Assembly: GCA_963666985.2 (NCBI GenBank)
Contig: CAXXIA010000002.1
Coordinates: 672,001 to 736,000, forward strand
DNA: 64,000 bases
DNA from: Spirochaetia bacterium
Lineage (GTDB): Bacteria; Spirochaetota; Spirochaetia; DSM-2461
Direction of reading: 5' to 3'
The translations under genes were made by a program, and so were the position numbers. Below are positions 29,507 to 40,251 of the stretch, in pieces (the first letter of the stretch is position 1; every line of letters starts with the position of its first letter). Below the pieces are notes generated by a model. That model was not told where the DNA came from, made no database searches, and saw nothing but the letters and a program-made list of their open reading frames with translations.

Positions 29507-29595
29507 GTTCGACAGTGCCGAACCGCGAGCCCACACAGCTGAATTACTCAATAATTAAACGGGCCTAAACCGCTATTCGGCAACGCCGAATAGCG
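29507..29595 (-). repeat. REP-like copy in the glnA 3' region
   Basis: Minus strand CAGCTGTGTGGGCTCGCGGTTCGGCACTGTCGAAC closely matches 15147-15181; adjacent hairpin CGCTATTCGGC-AAC-GCCGAATAGCG (29571-29595). Confidence 0.7.
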
Positions 29596-29628
29596 AACAG
29601 TTCAGAAATTTCCTGCCGATGAGACCTT

Positions 29629-31056
29629 CTAGATATCGTAGTACAGGGCGAATTCCCACGGATGGGGCCGGAGAGCCAGAGCGGCGACTTCGGCTTCCCT
29701 CTTGTAGGAAATCCAGGTTTCAATAACATCCGCCGTAAACACATCACCTTTCAGCAGGAACTCATGATCCGCTTCGAGAGCGCTCAGAGCTTCGGCAAGA
29801 GATGCCGGTGTGGTGGGAACCGCGGCCAGTTCTTCGGGCGGCAGATCGTAGATGTCCTTATCGAGCGGCTGGCCGGGATCGATCTTATTGACGATACCGT
29901 CGATGGCGGCCATGACCATGGCGGAGAAGCCCAAATAGGGGTTGGAGCTGGCATCGGGACAGCGGAACTCGAACCTCTTGGCTTTCTCGGACTGGGAGTA
30001 CATCGGAATACGGACGGCGGCGGAACGGTTCCGGCTGGAGTAAGCCAGGTTCACCGGGGCTTCGAAACCGGGCACCAAACGCTTGTAGCTGTTGGTGGTG
30101 GGGTTGGTAAAAGCCAGAATGGCCGGAGCGTGCTTCAAAATACCGCCGATGGCATAAAGGGCGATCTGGCTCATGCCCGCGTACTGATCACCGGCAAAAA
30201 GGTTTTTGCCGTTCTTCCAGAAGGACATGTGGCAGTGCATGCCCGAACCGTTGTCGTTCCAGAGCGGCTTGGGCATGAAGGTGACCGTCTTGCCGGCGGC
30301 TCTGGCGGCGTTCTTGATGACATACTTGTACTTCAGCAGGTTATCGGCCATATCCACCAGTTCGCCGAAGCGCATGTCGATTTCACACTGACCGCCGGTG
30401 GCGACTTCATGATGCTGGGCTTCAATGGCAATTCCGAGGCTTTCGAGAATAAGGGTCATCTCGCTCCGAAGATCCTGGAGGCTGTCCGTCGGCGGTACGG
30501 GGAAGTAGCCTTCCTTGTACCGGGGCTTATAAGCGAGGTTCGGCTTCTCATCCCTACCGGTGTTCCAGCGGCCTTCCGATGAATCCACATGGTAGTAGCC
30601 TTCATGCTCGTTCTGATCGAAGCGCACGTCGTCGAAAATAAAGAACTCGGCCTCGGGACCGAAATAAGCGATGTCGGCAAGGCCGGTGCTCTTCAGGTAA
30701 GCCACCGTCTTGCGGGCGATGTTCCGGGGATCCCTTGTGTAATCCTCGCCGGTAATCGGATCGCAGATGTTGCAGATCAGGTTCAGTGTTTTGTGCTGAG
30801 TGAACGGATCCAGGAACGCCGTATCGGCAACGGGCTTCACCAGCATGTCGGACTCATTGATGGCCTGCCATCCGCGAATGGAGGAACCGTCGAATCCGAG
30901 ACCTTCTTCGAACATGTCGATGTCGAATTCCCGGGACGGTATGGAAAAGTGCTGCCACAGTCCGGGAAAGTCCATAAAACGAAAATCGACGATCTGAACC
31001 CCTTCTTTCTTGACGAGGTCCATCACGTCCTGAGGTGTTTTACAAAGTGTACTCAT
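29629..31056 (-). CDS. glnA: Type I glutamine synthetase
   Basis: [56 protein letters not shown], adenylylation site [11 protein letters not shown]. Confidence 0.97.
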   Translation of the reverse strand: MSTLCKTPQDVMDLVKKEGVQIVDFRFMDFPGLWQHFSIPSREFDIDMFEEGLGFDGSSIRGWQAINESDMLVKPVADTAFLDPFTQHKTLNLICNICDPITGEDYTRDPRNIARKTVAYLKSTGLADIAYFGPEAEFFIFDDVRFDQNEHEGYYHVDSSEGRWNTGRDEKPNLAYKPRYKEGYFPVPPTDSLQDLRSEMTLILESLGIAIEAQHHEVATGGQCEIDMRFGELVDMADNLLKYKYVIKNAARAAGKTVTFMPKPLWNDNGSGMHCHMSFWKNGKNLFAGDQYAGMSQIALYAIGGILKHAPAILAFTNPTTNSYKRLVPGFEAPVNLAYSSRNRSAAVRIPMYSQSEKAKRFEFRCPDASSNPYLGFSAMVMAAIDGIVNKIDPGQPLDKDIYDLPPEELAAVPTTPASLAEALSALEADHEFLLKGDVFTADVIETWISYKREAEVAALALRPHPWEFALYYDI

Positions 31057-31100
31057 TAAAAAATGATCTCCTTAGGCGATTTATTGTCTTTATATTTACT

Positions 31101-31116
31101 AGCAAGTTAGATGCCA
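31101..31116 (-). promoter_or_regulatory. Sigma-54 (-24/-12) promoter of glnA
   Basis: Minus strand TGGCATCTAACTTGCT, near-consensus TGGCAY-N5-TTGCW, about 45 nt upstream of the ATG. Confidence 0.8.
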
Positions 31117-31533
31117 AAAAAAGTGAAAAAAGCTAAATATCTATCCTGTAAAAGAATGATCAAGTTAAGTAACTGTTGCCGCACGAGGATATCGGCAAAT
31201 CCTACATTTATGTATATTTCAAAAGGGAAAAAACTACAATAGTGTTCTTTCCGAAACCGCGGAAGGCCGATATTCTTCGATCGCCCGTGCCGCCAAACGA
31301 TTTCCATAAAATCTCTTCATTGAGGTGATTTCAAAAATCAGCGATTTTTGAAACAAAGCCCTTCCAAAGCGGGCTCTGAGGGATTTCGGCTGTCGGATTG
31401 AAGCGATTTCATGAATTATGAAATTGCCTCCGCTTAAAAAACGTATGGATATCACACTCCCGATCATGTAGATTATTGAGCATTAGTAAACAAAACCACT
31501 TTATGGGAACAAACCTCTAAAAAGGATCGGTCA

Positions 31534-31971
31534 ATGAAAAAAACAATCGCCATTTGGTTATTCCTTTCGACTCTCGTGATGATTCCGGCTCTCTGGAGTC
31601 AGGATAATCCGCAGCTTCTTTCCGCCGAAAACCTCCGAAGTCTGATGATTGGGAAATGGGACGTTAAGCACGTTGCTCTGGAAGGTACGGAAGAAGCGGA
31701 GAAGAACGGATTCGAGCTTTGGGACGAAAGAGCCGTATTTTACGATGACGGAGATTTCTTCAAAGCATGGGTAAACGCGAAAGGCGGCGGTGATTTTGTA
31801 TCATGGGAAATCACCGAGCCCTGTTATCAAGGACGGCCCTTTACCATCACGACGCCATACGGTACCTACGAGATACTCGTTATCGATAATGAAACCCTCC
31901 TCGTTTCGGATCTCTTCTCCGGAAAGGAACCGACGAAAATAGAAGTTTGGAAGAAGACGGACCCCAAATAG
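31534..31971 (+). CDS. Exported hypothetical protein (possibly lipocalin-like beta fold)
   Basis: Signal peptide MKKTIAIWLFL; 'MIGKW' motif; AAGGA RBS. Confidence 0.65.
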   Translation: MKKTIAIWLFLSTLVMIPALWSQDNPQLLSAENLRSLMIGKWDVKHVALEGTEEAEKNGFELWDERAVFYDDGDFFKAWVNAKGGGDFVSWEITEPCYQGRPFTITTPYGTYEILVIDNETLLVSDLFSGKEPTKIEVWKKTDPK

Positions 31972-32052
31972 CACTTGATTCGCGGTACCTCATCTTCCGG
32001 CCTGGATTCCTCCGCAAACCGCCGATAGACTCTACTGCGGAGGAAAGAAATA

Positions 32053-34482
32053 ATGAGGAGAATCACGTTCTCAGCTCTGCTCACGGTTCTTTTTATACCG
32101 TTGACGGCAGGCACAATCGGAGCACAATCGGAGATTCGGTGGCACGAAACGCCCCGGGTCGGTATCGCCGTCGAAGATACGGCTTCCGCTCCGCTGGTGA
32201 ATCTGGCGGCCGTCGGCGTCGGCAATTCGGCCGGACTCGGATGGTCGGGCTACTACGACGGGTCCGGAAATCCGGACAACACGTTTCACGCTTCTCTGGG
32301 ACTCTTCAGCTATGCGCTGCGCCGCTTCGAGGGTGTAAACGACCATGAAATCGGCTTGGGATTTCCCATCGCCGACGGAATGTACCTCGGCTCCGGAGTC
32401 AGGTGGATTCCCGGAGACGGAGCCGGCGTCAACGTCCATATGCTCTACCGGCCGGCCGATTGGCTCTCGGTGGGCGTGAAGGGCGAATCGCTCAACCAAG
32501 GGCCCTGGATGGATTTCGGCGCGGCCCTGCGACCGCTCATGTTCAGCGATTATTGGCGCAGCCGATGCACCCTCTTTTACGACGGCCGTGTCAATCCTTC
32601 CGGCGGATACGAGAACATCGCCGCGGGGCTCCGCGCCTCGCCGATCGACGGGATTGAACTCTACGGTCACTGGGATTTCCGATATGAAAAAATGGTGACC
32701 GGAGTCAATTTTTCGTGGAACCGCCTTATGACCGGCGGTGAAATTACAGCTCTGGGCGATCAAGCCCTCTCCGAAGGAAATGCACAGCTGTTCGTCTCGG
32801 CGAAAACCATGCGCGGATTCGGAGAAAACCGGAAGACGCTGGTGGTGTACGATACGGCGCAAATCATCACCGATACGCCGAGACTCTTCCGTGCGATGGG
32901 AACCGATACCCCCAATCCCGGAGCGGTCCGCTCTCTATACGAATTTCTCTCGGATATCGAACTTCTTATACAGGCTCCGGAAGTGAACGCCGTGCTGTTC
33001 GACAGACAGGCCTTCATCACTTCTTTCTCAAACCTTGTGGAAATTGAAGCGGCTCTGAAGCGTCTGAAAGAAGCGGGAAAAGAAATTTACTTCTATGATG
33101 ATGTGATTCACAGCGGGAAATACGCCATGGCCGCCTCCGTGGCCGACGGCATCTTCATGAGTCCTCAAGGATACTTGGATATAAGCGGATTCGGCGTAAC
33201 CAAACTCTATTTTAAAGACCTCTTGGCCGAATACGGCGTGGACATCCGTAATTTCCGAAGCCACGACTATAAAACCGCCTACGATTTCCTTTCCGAATCA
33301 TCCATGAGCGATGCCCAAAGAGAATCTTTGGAATCGGTGTACGGCGAACTGCAGAACCTGATGGACGGAATGATTCTCGGCGGCCGGGCAAACAAGCTCT
33401 CCGGCGGATTGGAAGCACTCTATGAAGAAGGCTTTTGGATGTCCGCGGGCCGGGCGGAAAAAGCGGGCCTGATAGACACTCTGATGTACCCCGACCAACT
33501 GGAAGAATGGATGAAGGAAAAGCAGTGGAAAGTTGAGTTTTCCTCCAATTCACGCTGGAAGGCGAATCCCGAATGGCGACCGGTCTCCAGGCCCAATATC
33601 GCCGTGATCTATGCCAACGGCGGTATTTCCCAGGGTGAAGGCCGACGAAACGAAAGCATCGGTTCCGACAGTCTGGCCGCGGCGATCCGCGAGGCCCGTC
33701 TGAGTCCCTTCGTGGATGCCGTCGTTCTTCGCGTCAACTCCGGCGGCGGTTCCGCATTGGCCTCGGACCTGATTGCCCGTGAAGTGGCTCTGTGCATCGA
33801 TGGAGAGAACCCAAAACCCGTCGTGGTTTCCATGGGAGGAATGGCCGCCTCCGGCGGTTACATGATCTCGGCTCCCGCCTCCCGCATCATCGCGACTCCC
33901 GCAACCCTTACCGGTTCCATCGGCGTTATCGTCATCTTCCCGGACATTTCGGGCCTTCTGGAGAAATTCCATGTCGCCTCAAATCGGGTAACGGCCGAAG
34001 GCGCATCCGATACTCCCGATATTTTCCGGCCGCTTACTTCCGCCGAAGAAGAATATCTTCATAATTCGGTTATGGAACGCTACGATTCCTTCGTCGAACT
34101 CGTGGCGGACAACCGAAATCTGACCATTGAAGAGACGGACGCGGCGGCCCGGGGACGCGTCTGGACCGGGGCTCAAGCAAAGGAGAAAGGCCTTGTGGAC
34201 GAACTCGGAGGCCTCACCGAAGCCATTGAAGCCGCCCGAACACTCATCGGCGCCGAGAATGCGCGTATTCTGGAAATAAATCCCGGCCGAATGGGAGGCA
34301 TTATGCCCGGCATCGTTTCAAGTTTTCTGGGAACCGAACGCTCCGGAGCAAAGGATTTTCTTCCCGACGAACTGAACGATCTCTTGACGTTCTACGGAAA
34401 CCTTACCGAATACGATGAAGGCGAAGCACTCTTTCTGCTGCCCTACACTCTTAAGGAAATGGGCCTGGAAGAAACGAAATAA
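32053..34482 (+). CDS. sppA: Signal peptide peptidase SppA (S49), long form with N-terminal beta-rich domain
   Basis: Two S49 modules; LRVNSGGGSALASD, PVVVSMGGMAASGGY, TLTGSIGV, GRVWTGAQAKEKGLVD. Confidence 0.9.
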   Translation: MRRITFSALLTVLFIPLTAGTIGAQSEIRWHETPRVGIAVEDTASAPLVNLAAVGVGNSAGLGWSGYYDGSGNPDNTFHASLGLFSYALRRFEGVNDHEIGLGFPIADGMYLGSGVRWIPGDGAGVNVHMLYRPADWLSVGVKGESLNQGPWMDFGAALRPLMFSDYWRSRCTLFYDGRVNPSGGYENIAAGLRASPIDGIELYGHWDFRYEKMVTGVNFSWNRLMTGGEITALGDQALSEGNAQLFVSAKTMRGFGENRKTLVVYDTAQIITDTPRLFRAMGTDTPNPGAVRSLYEFLSDIELLIQAPEVNAVLFDRQAFITSFSNLVEIEAALKRLKEAGKEIYFYDDVIHSGKYAMAASVADGIFMSPQGYLDISGFGVTKLYFKDLLAEYGVDIRNFRSHDYKTAYDFLSESSMSDAQRESLESVYGELQNLMDGMILGGRANKLSGGLEALYEEGFWMSAGRAEKAGLIDTLMYPDQLEEWMKEKQWKVEFSSNSRWKANPEWRPVSRPNIAVIYANGGISQGEGRRNESIGSDSLAAAIREARLSPFVDAVVLRVNSGGGSALASDLIAREVALCIDGENPKPVVVSMGGMAASGGYMISAPASRIIATPATLTGSIGVIVIFPDISGLLEKFHVASNRVTAEGASDTPDIFRPLTSAEEEYLHNSVMERYDSFVELVADNRNLTIEETDAAARGRVWTGAQAKEKGLVDELGGLTEAIEAARTLIGAENARILEINPGRMGGIMPGIVSSFLGTERSGAKDFLPDELNDLLTFYGNLTEYDEGEALFLLPYTLKEMGLEETK

Positions 34483-34494
34483 ACAGGACCTGAG

Positions 34495-34526
34495 CGGACA
34501 TCGGGCCGAAAGCGGCCCGATGTCCG
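34495..34526 (+). terminator. Hairpin after sppA
   Basis: CGGACATCGGGCCG-AAAG-CGGCCCGATGTCCG. Confidence 0.6.
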
Positions 34527-34667
34527 TATGTTCGATGCCGAACACCGAGACTCAGGGCAGCGGAGTCGAGGATTCACAGGAAGAGGCTTCTCGGTCCATT
34601 CTTATTGATCTGTTCTATATCTATCTCAATCAACACGATATAATTCGCATGAAAAAAAGGAGAAAGG

Positions 34668-35672
34668 ATGCCGTCAATACGAGATGTCGCGAAACGAGCC
34701 AATGTCTCCATTTCCACGGTTTCTCGTGTCATTACGAAAAGCGCTCCGGTTGATGAAGCGACAAAGGAACGAGTCGTATCGGCGATATCGGAAATAGGAT
34801 ACAGACCCAATATCATAGCTCAAAGTCTACGCTCGAAAAGCGGACAAATGATCGGGCTTCTAGTTCCCGGTCTGGGAAATCCGTCTTTTACCAGGCTTAT
34901 AGACTCCTTAGCCGGCGCCGCGAATTCTCATGGACTCGGTCTGATCATCGCAGATACGAAAAACGACCAGAAGCAGGAATCGGAAGCCATCGATATGATG
35001 CTGAGACGCAATGTGGACGGGATTATTCTCTCCCGCGTTTCCGATAAAAGCCAGGTCGTCAGACAGTTCATGAAGAACAAACAAAATTCGATTCCTTTGG
35101 TTGTCATCGACCGAGCACTGGCTCATGAAGGCATTCCGAATGTTGTGGCGGATAATTACGGTTCGGGTCTTCTTGCCGGCCGTCATTTGGTTTCCATCGG
35201 CTGTCGAAAGATCGCATGTGTCTGCGGTCCCAGAGTTATTTCCCTCGTACGCGACCGGATTTCAGGTTTTGCGGATGCTCTCAAAGAAAACGGGACGACC
35301 TTGGAAGAATCCATGATTTTCGAAGGAGATTTCACCTTTGATAGCGGAATAAAAATGGTGGAACAGATCCTCTCGAATCATATCGAAGTCGATGGAATCT
35401 GGTGCCACGACGACATTATTGCTCTCGGAGTTCTTTCCGCGCTTCAGCGCCGGGGCGTTCATGTCCCCGGCGACATCGCTCTGATGGGAATGGACGACAT
35501 CCAATATTCCCGAATGAGTTATCCGACTTTAACGACAATCGCCCAGCCTTTTACCGAAATGAGCGAAAAAGTCATCGAACTCATCGAAAGTATAAAAAAT
35601 GGGCAAAATCCTGAAAAGAAACATATAGTCTTGAATGTCAATCTCGTTAAAAGAGAATCGACGGCCCGCTGA
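34668..35672 (+). CDS. LacI-family regulator (RbsR-like)
   Basis: SIRDVAKRANVSISTVSRVI; GYRPN; GMDDI; PTLTTIAQP. Confidence 0.93.
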   Translation: MPSIRDVAKRANVSISTVSRVITKSAPVDEATKERVVSAISEIGYRPNIIAQSLRSKSGQMIGLLVPGLGNPSFTRLIDSLAGAANSHGLGLIIADTKNDQKQESEAIDMMLRRNVDGIILSRVSDKSQVVRQFMKNKQNSIPLVVIDRALAHEGIPNVVADNYGSGLLAGRHLVSIGCRKIACVCGPRVISLVRDRISGFADALKENGTTLEESMIFEGDFTFDSGIKMVEQILSNHIEVDGIWCHDDIIALGVLSALQRRGVHVPGDIALMGMDDIQYSRMSYPTLTTIAQPFTEMSEKVIELIESIKNGQNPEKKHIVLNVNLVKRESTAR

Positions 35673-35674
35673 TT

Positions 35675-36616
35675 TTATCCCTTCCCTGAGAAAAATGCGT
35701 CGAACGAAACAACGGTGATTAAAATCAATCCCTTAATAACATCCTGCCAGTTCGCTTGAACACCTAATATCAAGAGTGCATTAAAAAGCACTCCGATAAC
35801 GAGCATTCCGAGAAAGGTTTTAATGGCGCTTCCGCGCCCTCCCGACAAACTGGTACCCCCGATAACGACTGCGGCAACGACTGACATAGCCAAATCGTTT
35901 CCAAAAAGTGAGTTCCCGGAATTCAACCGGCACGCCATGATCATACCGGCGAAGGAAGTGACCAGACCGAGAATAACGAAAATGATGAACTTGTAATAAA
36001 CGACGTTAATTCCGGCCATTTTCGCAACATTCATATTCCCGCCGGTAGCGAAGAGATTCCTTCCGAATTTTGTATACTTCAGAACAATATGACTTACGGC
36101 GATAAACCCGAAAAACATATAAACGATATACGGAAGCCCCAGAAACGAACCGTTTCCGAGGTTGTACATTCCATCATGCACATAATTAATCGGCTTTCCG
36201 TTCGTGTAGAAAAGAGCCAGTCCTTTCAGCGACACCATAAGGCTTAAAGTGGCGACGAACGCACTGATTTTCACCCGGGAAACAAGGAATCCGTTGATAA
36301 CACCGACAAGCGCGCCAATCAATAATGAAGCGGCAACGGCGGCGATGAAACCATAATTTTTAGCCATATCGATGAAGACAATCGTCACGACGGCCAGGAG
36401 AGAACCGACGCTCAAATCGAATTCACCGCAGATTATCGCGAACGTCATGGCGCAGGCGACGATTCCGTATATTGAAACCTGCGTCAGGATATTGATGATG
36501 TTGGAAACCGTCAGAAAGGATTTCGAAAGAATACTCATAATCAGCACAAGCCCGATGAGGGCCAGCACGACAATGTTGTTTTTGATCGTATTGAGAATCG
36601 AGGCTTTTTCAAGCAT
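35675..36616 (-). CDS. Monosaccharide ABC transporter permease (RbsC-like)
   Basis: GEFDLSVG, FGRNLFATGGN, AAVVIGGTSLSGGRG. Confidence 0.9.
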   Translation of the reverse strand: MLEKASILNTIKNNIVVLALIGLVLIMSILSKSFLTVSNIINILTQVSIYGIVACAMTFAIICGEFDLSVGSLLAVVTIVFIDMAKNYGFIAAVAASLLIGALVGVINGFLVSRVKISAFVATLSLMVSLKGLALFYTNGKPINYVHDGMYNLGNGSFLGLPYIVYMFFGFIAVSHIVLKYTKFGRNLFATGGNMNVAKMAGINVVYYKFIIFVILGLVTSFAGMIMACRLNSGNSLFGNDLAMSVVAAVVIGGTSLSGGRGSAIKTFLGMLVIGVLFNALLILGVQANWQDVIKGLILITVVSFDAFFSGKG

Positions 36617-37616
36617 TCTTCAGAATCTCCTTCCCCTCTGAAATCGAACGATTCCACATATCCAAACTTACCGCGGCCGCAATAACGATGCCTTTAATAA
36701 TCATCTGAGGATAAGAGGTTACATTCATGATATTCAAAGCGTTTCCAAGTACTCCGATAACGATAACTCCCATGAGTGTATTCAAGAAAGTTCCGCTTCC
36801 ACCGCTCATACTGATACCGCCGACAACAACGGCCGCGATGGCATCCAGTTCGTAGCCGACGCCCGCGGTCGGATTGGCCGCGGCGACTCGCGAAGGAAGG
36901 ACGATTCCCGCCAAGGCGGCGATGGCACCGCTCAAAGTAAAAATTAAAACCCTATATCGACCGATATTAATCCCGGAAAGCTTCGCCGCTTCAGGGTTGG
37001 CGCCGAGAAAATAAATATTTCTTCCGAATGTCGTGCGTTTAATAAAAACCTGACAAATCAGTATCAGCGCAAGGAAAATAACAATGGGGTTGGCTCCTTT
37101 TCCGATACGGCTGAAAAAGCCGAATGTATCGCTCATAAGGAACAGACCGCCTGAAACGATCATAGCCAATCCCGCAAGCGCCGTCTGTGCTCCATAGGTT
37201 ACCATGAATGATTCGCCGAGACGTCCGTTGATTCGGGCCATAACCAGCCCGATTAAAAAACCGAAAAGGGCCCCGAGCATAAGAGCCATGATTATTCCCG
37301 GAAAATCACCGAACCGCTTCACCATCTTAATCACCACAATACCGGTAATGGAAATAACGGATCCTACGGACAAATCAATACAGCCGGTAATGATTACAAA
37401 CGTCATACCGCACGCCAAAATCCCTATTACGGAAACCTGATTCAGCACGTTCCGTATGTTTTGGAAAGAAATAAAACGCGGCTCGATGAAAGCGGCAACG
37501 ATAATAAGAATGATTAAGGCCACGATAAGTGCGTATTTGCGGAGAATCCCCACAATTCGATCGAGGTAATCATACGATTGAACCGACTTTTTCGGCGACA
37601 CTGTACTGGATTTCAC
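36609..37616 (-). CDS. Monosaccharide ABC transporter permease (RbsC-like)
   Basis: GCIDLSVG, GANPEAAKLSGI, YELDAIAAVVVGG. Confidence 0.9.
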   Translation of the reverse strand: MKSSTVSPKKSVQSYDYLDRIVGILRKYALIVALIILIIVAAFIEPRFISFQNIRNVLNQVSVIGILACGMTFVIITGCIDLSVGSVISITGIVVIKMVKRFGDFPGIIMALMLGALFGFLIGLVMARINGRLGESFMVTYGAQTALAGLAMIVSGGLFLMSDTFGFFSRIGKGANPIVIFLALILICQVFIKRTTFGRNIYFLGANPEAAKLSGINIGRYRVLIFTLSGAIAALAGIVLPSRVAAANPTAGVGYELDAIAAVVVGGISMSGGSGTFLNTLMGVIVIGVLGNALNIMNVTSYPQMIIKGIVIAAAVSLDMWNRSISEGKEILKNA

Positions 37617-37632
37617 TGCCCGCTCCTCATCT

Positions 37633-39123
37633 TCAGCCTATAGCCATTTCCATAAGAATCTCAGGCGTGGCTTTATCTTTGTCGACACATCCCTTCAAAC
37701 GGCCCTCATGCATAACGAGGATACGATCGCTCAGAGCGAAAATCTCAGGCAGTTCCGAAGATATCATGATGATCGATTTCCCCCGCTTCACCAATTCGTT
37801 CATCAAAACGTAAATTTCAAACTTCGCGCCGACATCAATTCCTCTGGTCGGTTCATCCAGAATTAGGATATCCGCATCGGCATGAAGCCATTTCGAAAGA
37901 ACCACCTTTTGCTGATTTCCTCCGCTCAGATTCTGAACCTTCTGAAAAATAGAAGGAGTTTTAATTCCGAGTTCTTTGACATAATGTTCGGCGATTGATT
38001 GTTCTTTCCGCCGATTCAGGAATATTTTCCCGGAAACGACTTTTGATAGATTTGTAACGGAAATGTTCCGGCTCACATTAAAATCGACGGCTAAGCCCTC
38101 TTCTTTTCGGTCTTCGGGGACAAGTCCCAAAGAATTGTGTTTCGCGAGAACCGTCGAATGGAATTTCACATTCCGCCCATTAATGGACATTGTTCCCTTT
38201 TCCACCTTATCGGCTCCGAAAATTGCACGCGCGACTTCCGTTCTGCCGGATCCCACCAGGCCGGAGATTCCGAGGATTTCTCCTTTCCGCAAGGAAAAAC
38301 TGATATCCCGCAAAAAGCCGGGAGTGAAGAGATCCTTGACTTCCAACACCGCATCTCCGGGAGAATAGTCCCGAGGAGGGAATTCCACGTCGATCTTCCG
38401 ACCTACCATCTTCTCGATAATTTCCGTTCTTGAAGTATCAGAAACATCCGTCGTATCAATGACGCGTCCGTCGCGCAGTACCGTCACCTTTTGGCAAATC
38501 TGGAAGATTTCCTCCAAACGATGGGAAATATAAATAACAGTAATTCCATGCCGTTCAAGGTTTCTGATGATATTGAAAAGCTTATCAATCTCATTACTTG
38601 TAAGGGTGGCCGTCGGTTCATCCATTACCAAGATTTTTGAATCAATGAGCAAGGCTTTGGCAATTTCCACCATCTGCTTTTCGGCGATACTGAGCCGGCC
38701 GACGGGAACGTCGACATCAAGAGCGAAATCAAGACCGTCCAAAAAAGAAACGAACTTCCGGCGCTGTTCCTTCCATTTAACAAATCCAAAACGATCGGTC
38801 GTCAATCTTCCAAGAAACGCATTTTCAACGGCCGAGAGAGTAGGAACAAGATTCAATTCCTGGAATATCAAACTGATTCCCGCTGCCGCGGCATCTCGGG
38901 TGTTCCCCATGACGACCGGCTCACCGTCAATGCGAATCGTTCCTTCATCCGGACGGTAAACACCGTCGAGAATCTTCATAAGAGTGGATTTGCCCGCTCC
39001 GTTCTCGCCGACCAAACCATGAACGCTCCCTTTTTCCACGCGGAAGGTTACGTCCTGCAACGCCTTGACTCCGCCGACAAAGGTTTTCGAAATATGCACC
39101 ATTTCCAAAGTCGTTTCGTTCAT
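37633..39123 (-). CDS. Monosaccharide ABC transporter ATP-binding protein (RbsA-like)
   Basis: GENGAGKST, MDEPT, PEDRKEEG, LSGGNQQK, DEPTRGIDVGAK; likely start MNETT at 39123. Confidence 0.92.
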   Translation of the reverse strand: MNETTLEMVHISKTFVGGVKALQDVTFRVEKGSVHGLVGENGAGKSTLMKILDGVYRPDEGTIRIDGEPVVMGNTRDAAAAGISLIFQELNLVPTLSAVENAFLGRLTTDRFGFVKWKEQRRKFVSFLDGLDFALDVDVPVGRLSIAEKQMVEIAKALLIDSKILVMDEPTATLTSNEIDKLFNIIRNLERHGITVIYISHRLEEIFQICQKVTVLRDGRVIDTTDVSDTSRTEIIEKMVGRKIDVEFPPRDYSPGDAVLEVKDLFTPGFLRDISFSLRKGEILGISGLVGSGRTEVARAIFGADKVEKGTMSINGRNVKFHSTVLAKHNSLGLVPEDRKEEGLAVDFNVSRNISVTNLSKVVSGKIFLNRRKEQSIAEHYVKELGIKTPSIFQKVQNLSGGNQQKVVLSKWLHADADILILDEPTRGIDVGAKFEIYVLMNELVKRGKSIIMISSELPEIFALSDRILVMHEGRLKGCVDKDKATPEILMEMAIG

Positions 39124-39196
39124 CAGATCCTGCCAAAAAACAGCCGGGAAAACCGTGAGGTTTCCCCGGCATGCTCTCAATTATAAGCTTGGCCGA

Positions 39197-40150
39197 TTAC
39201 CAGCCGAAGCCCCTCCATTCCTCAAGGTTCTCACGAGTAACAAACGGAGAAGAGCACTTCACCCATTTATCGACGGGCTGTCCGGTTAAAAGCTTATGAA
39301 TGGCTTCAACACCGAACTGTCCTTCTTCTTTGGCCGAGTGAAGAACCGAACCGTAAAGGGTGCCGGCTTCTATAGCCGCACAGCCGACGTTGTTGGCGCC
39401 CGTTGAAATACCGACAATGTCATCCAGTAATCCGGCCGCTTCCATAGCCTGGGAAGCACCTTGATAAATACCGTCGTCATGAGTATACAAGAGATCAATA
39501 TCGTCACCGTATTTCGTGATGTAATCCTGCATAATGTTCATGGCTTTCGCAGGATCCCAACCGTCGACGGTCTGTGTTTGCAGAATCTTGATATCCGGAT
39601 ACTTCTTTACGATATTCATGAAGCCCTGCTGCCTGTTTCGAGCCGGGTCGGTTCCGGCGGCCCCTTCGAGAATAACGACATTCCCTTTCCCTCCGAGAAC
39701 ATCAACGGCGGCCTGACCGCAAATCTCTCCCATTTTCACATTATCGGGACCGACGAATACGGGAACCGTATCCATAACCGAAGGATCGACCATGGAATCA
39801 AGAACAATATAAGTAATACCGGATTCATTCAGTCTCTTAACCACGGCGACACTCGATTCCTTATCGGCCGGGAAATAAATAACACCATTATAACCTTGGG
39901 TAATGGCGTTGTTTACCTGATCCAGCTGAACTTGGGCATCGGCTTTTCCGTCGACAATATCCAACTTGATGCCTAAGCTCTTGGCGGTTTCGGTTGCGGC
40001 GGCATTCAGAGGCGCGCAAAACGGAGCCGTATTAAAAGCATTCGTGAACAGAACACGATATTCCGCATCACCGGCGCTCTCTTTATCTCCCCCCGCGAAT
40101 AAGACCGCTCCGATCAGAACGAGGACCATTAACAGAAAACCTTTTTTCAT
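39197..40150 (-). CDS. Monosaccharide ABC transporter substrate-binding protein
   Basis: MKKG...LFAGG signal; periplasmic binding protein type I pattern (VGPDN, GNVVILEG, HDDG). Confidence 0.88.
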   Translation of the reverse strand: MKKGFLLMVLVLIGAVLFAGGDKESAGDAEYRVLFTNAFNTAPFCAPLNAAATETAKSLGIKLDIVDGKADAQVQLDQVNNAITQGYNGVIYFPADKESSVAVVKRLNESGITYIVLDSMVDPSVMDTVPVFVGPDNVKMGEICGQAAVDVLGGKGNVVILEGAAGTDPARNRQQGFMNIVKKYPDIKILQTQTVDGWDPAKAMNIMQDYITKYGDDIDLLYTHDDGIYQGASQAMEAAGLLDDIVGISTGANNVGCAAIEAGTLYGSVLHSAKEEGQFGVEAIHKLLTGQPVDKWVKCSSPFVTRENLEEWRGFGW

Positions 40151-40251
40151 AACTCCCCCTTTAAGGAAAATAACCTTCCGCGTTTTCTAAAAGACAAATC
40201 CCTGAAGAACAGCCGATTTGGGATGATTCGGCTGGACATCAGCCGCTTCGC

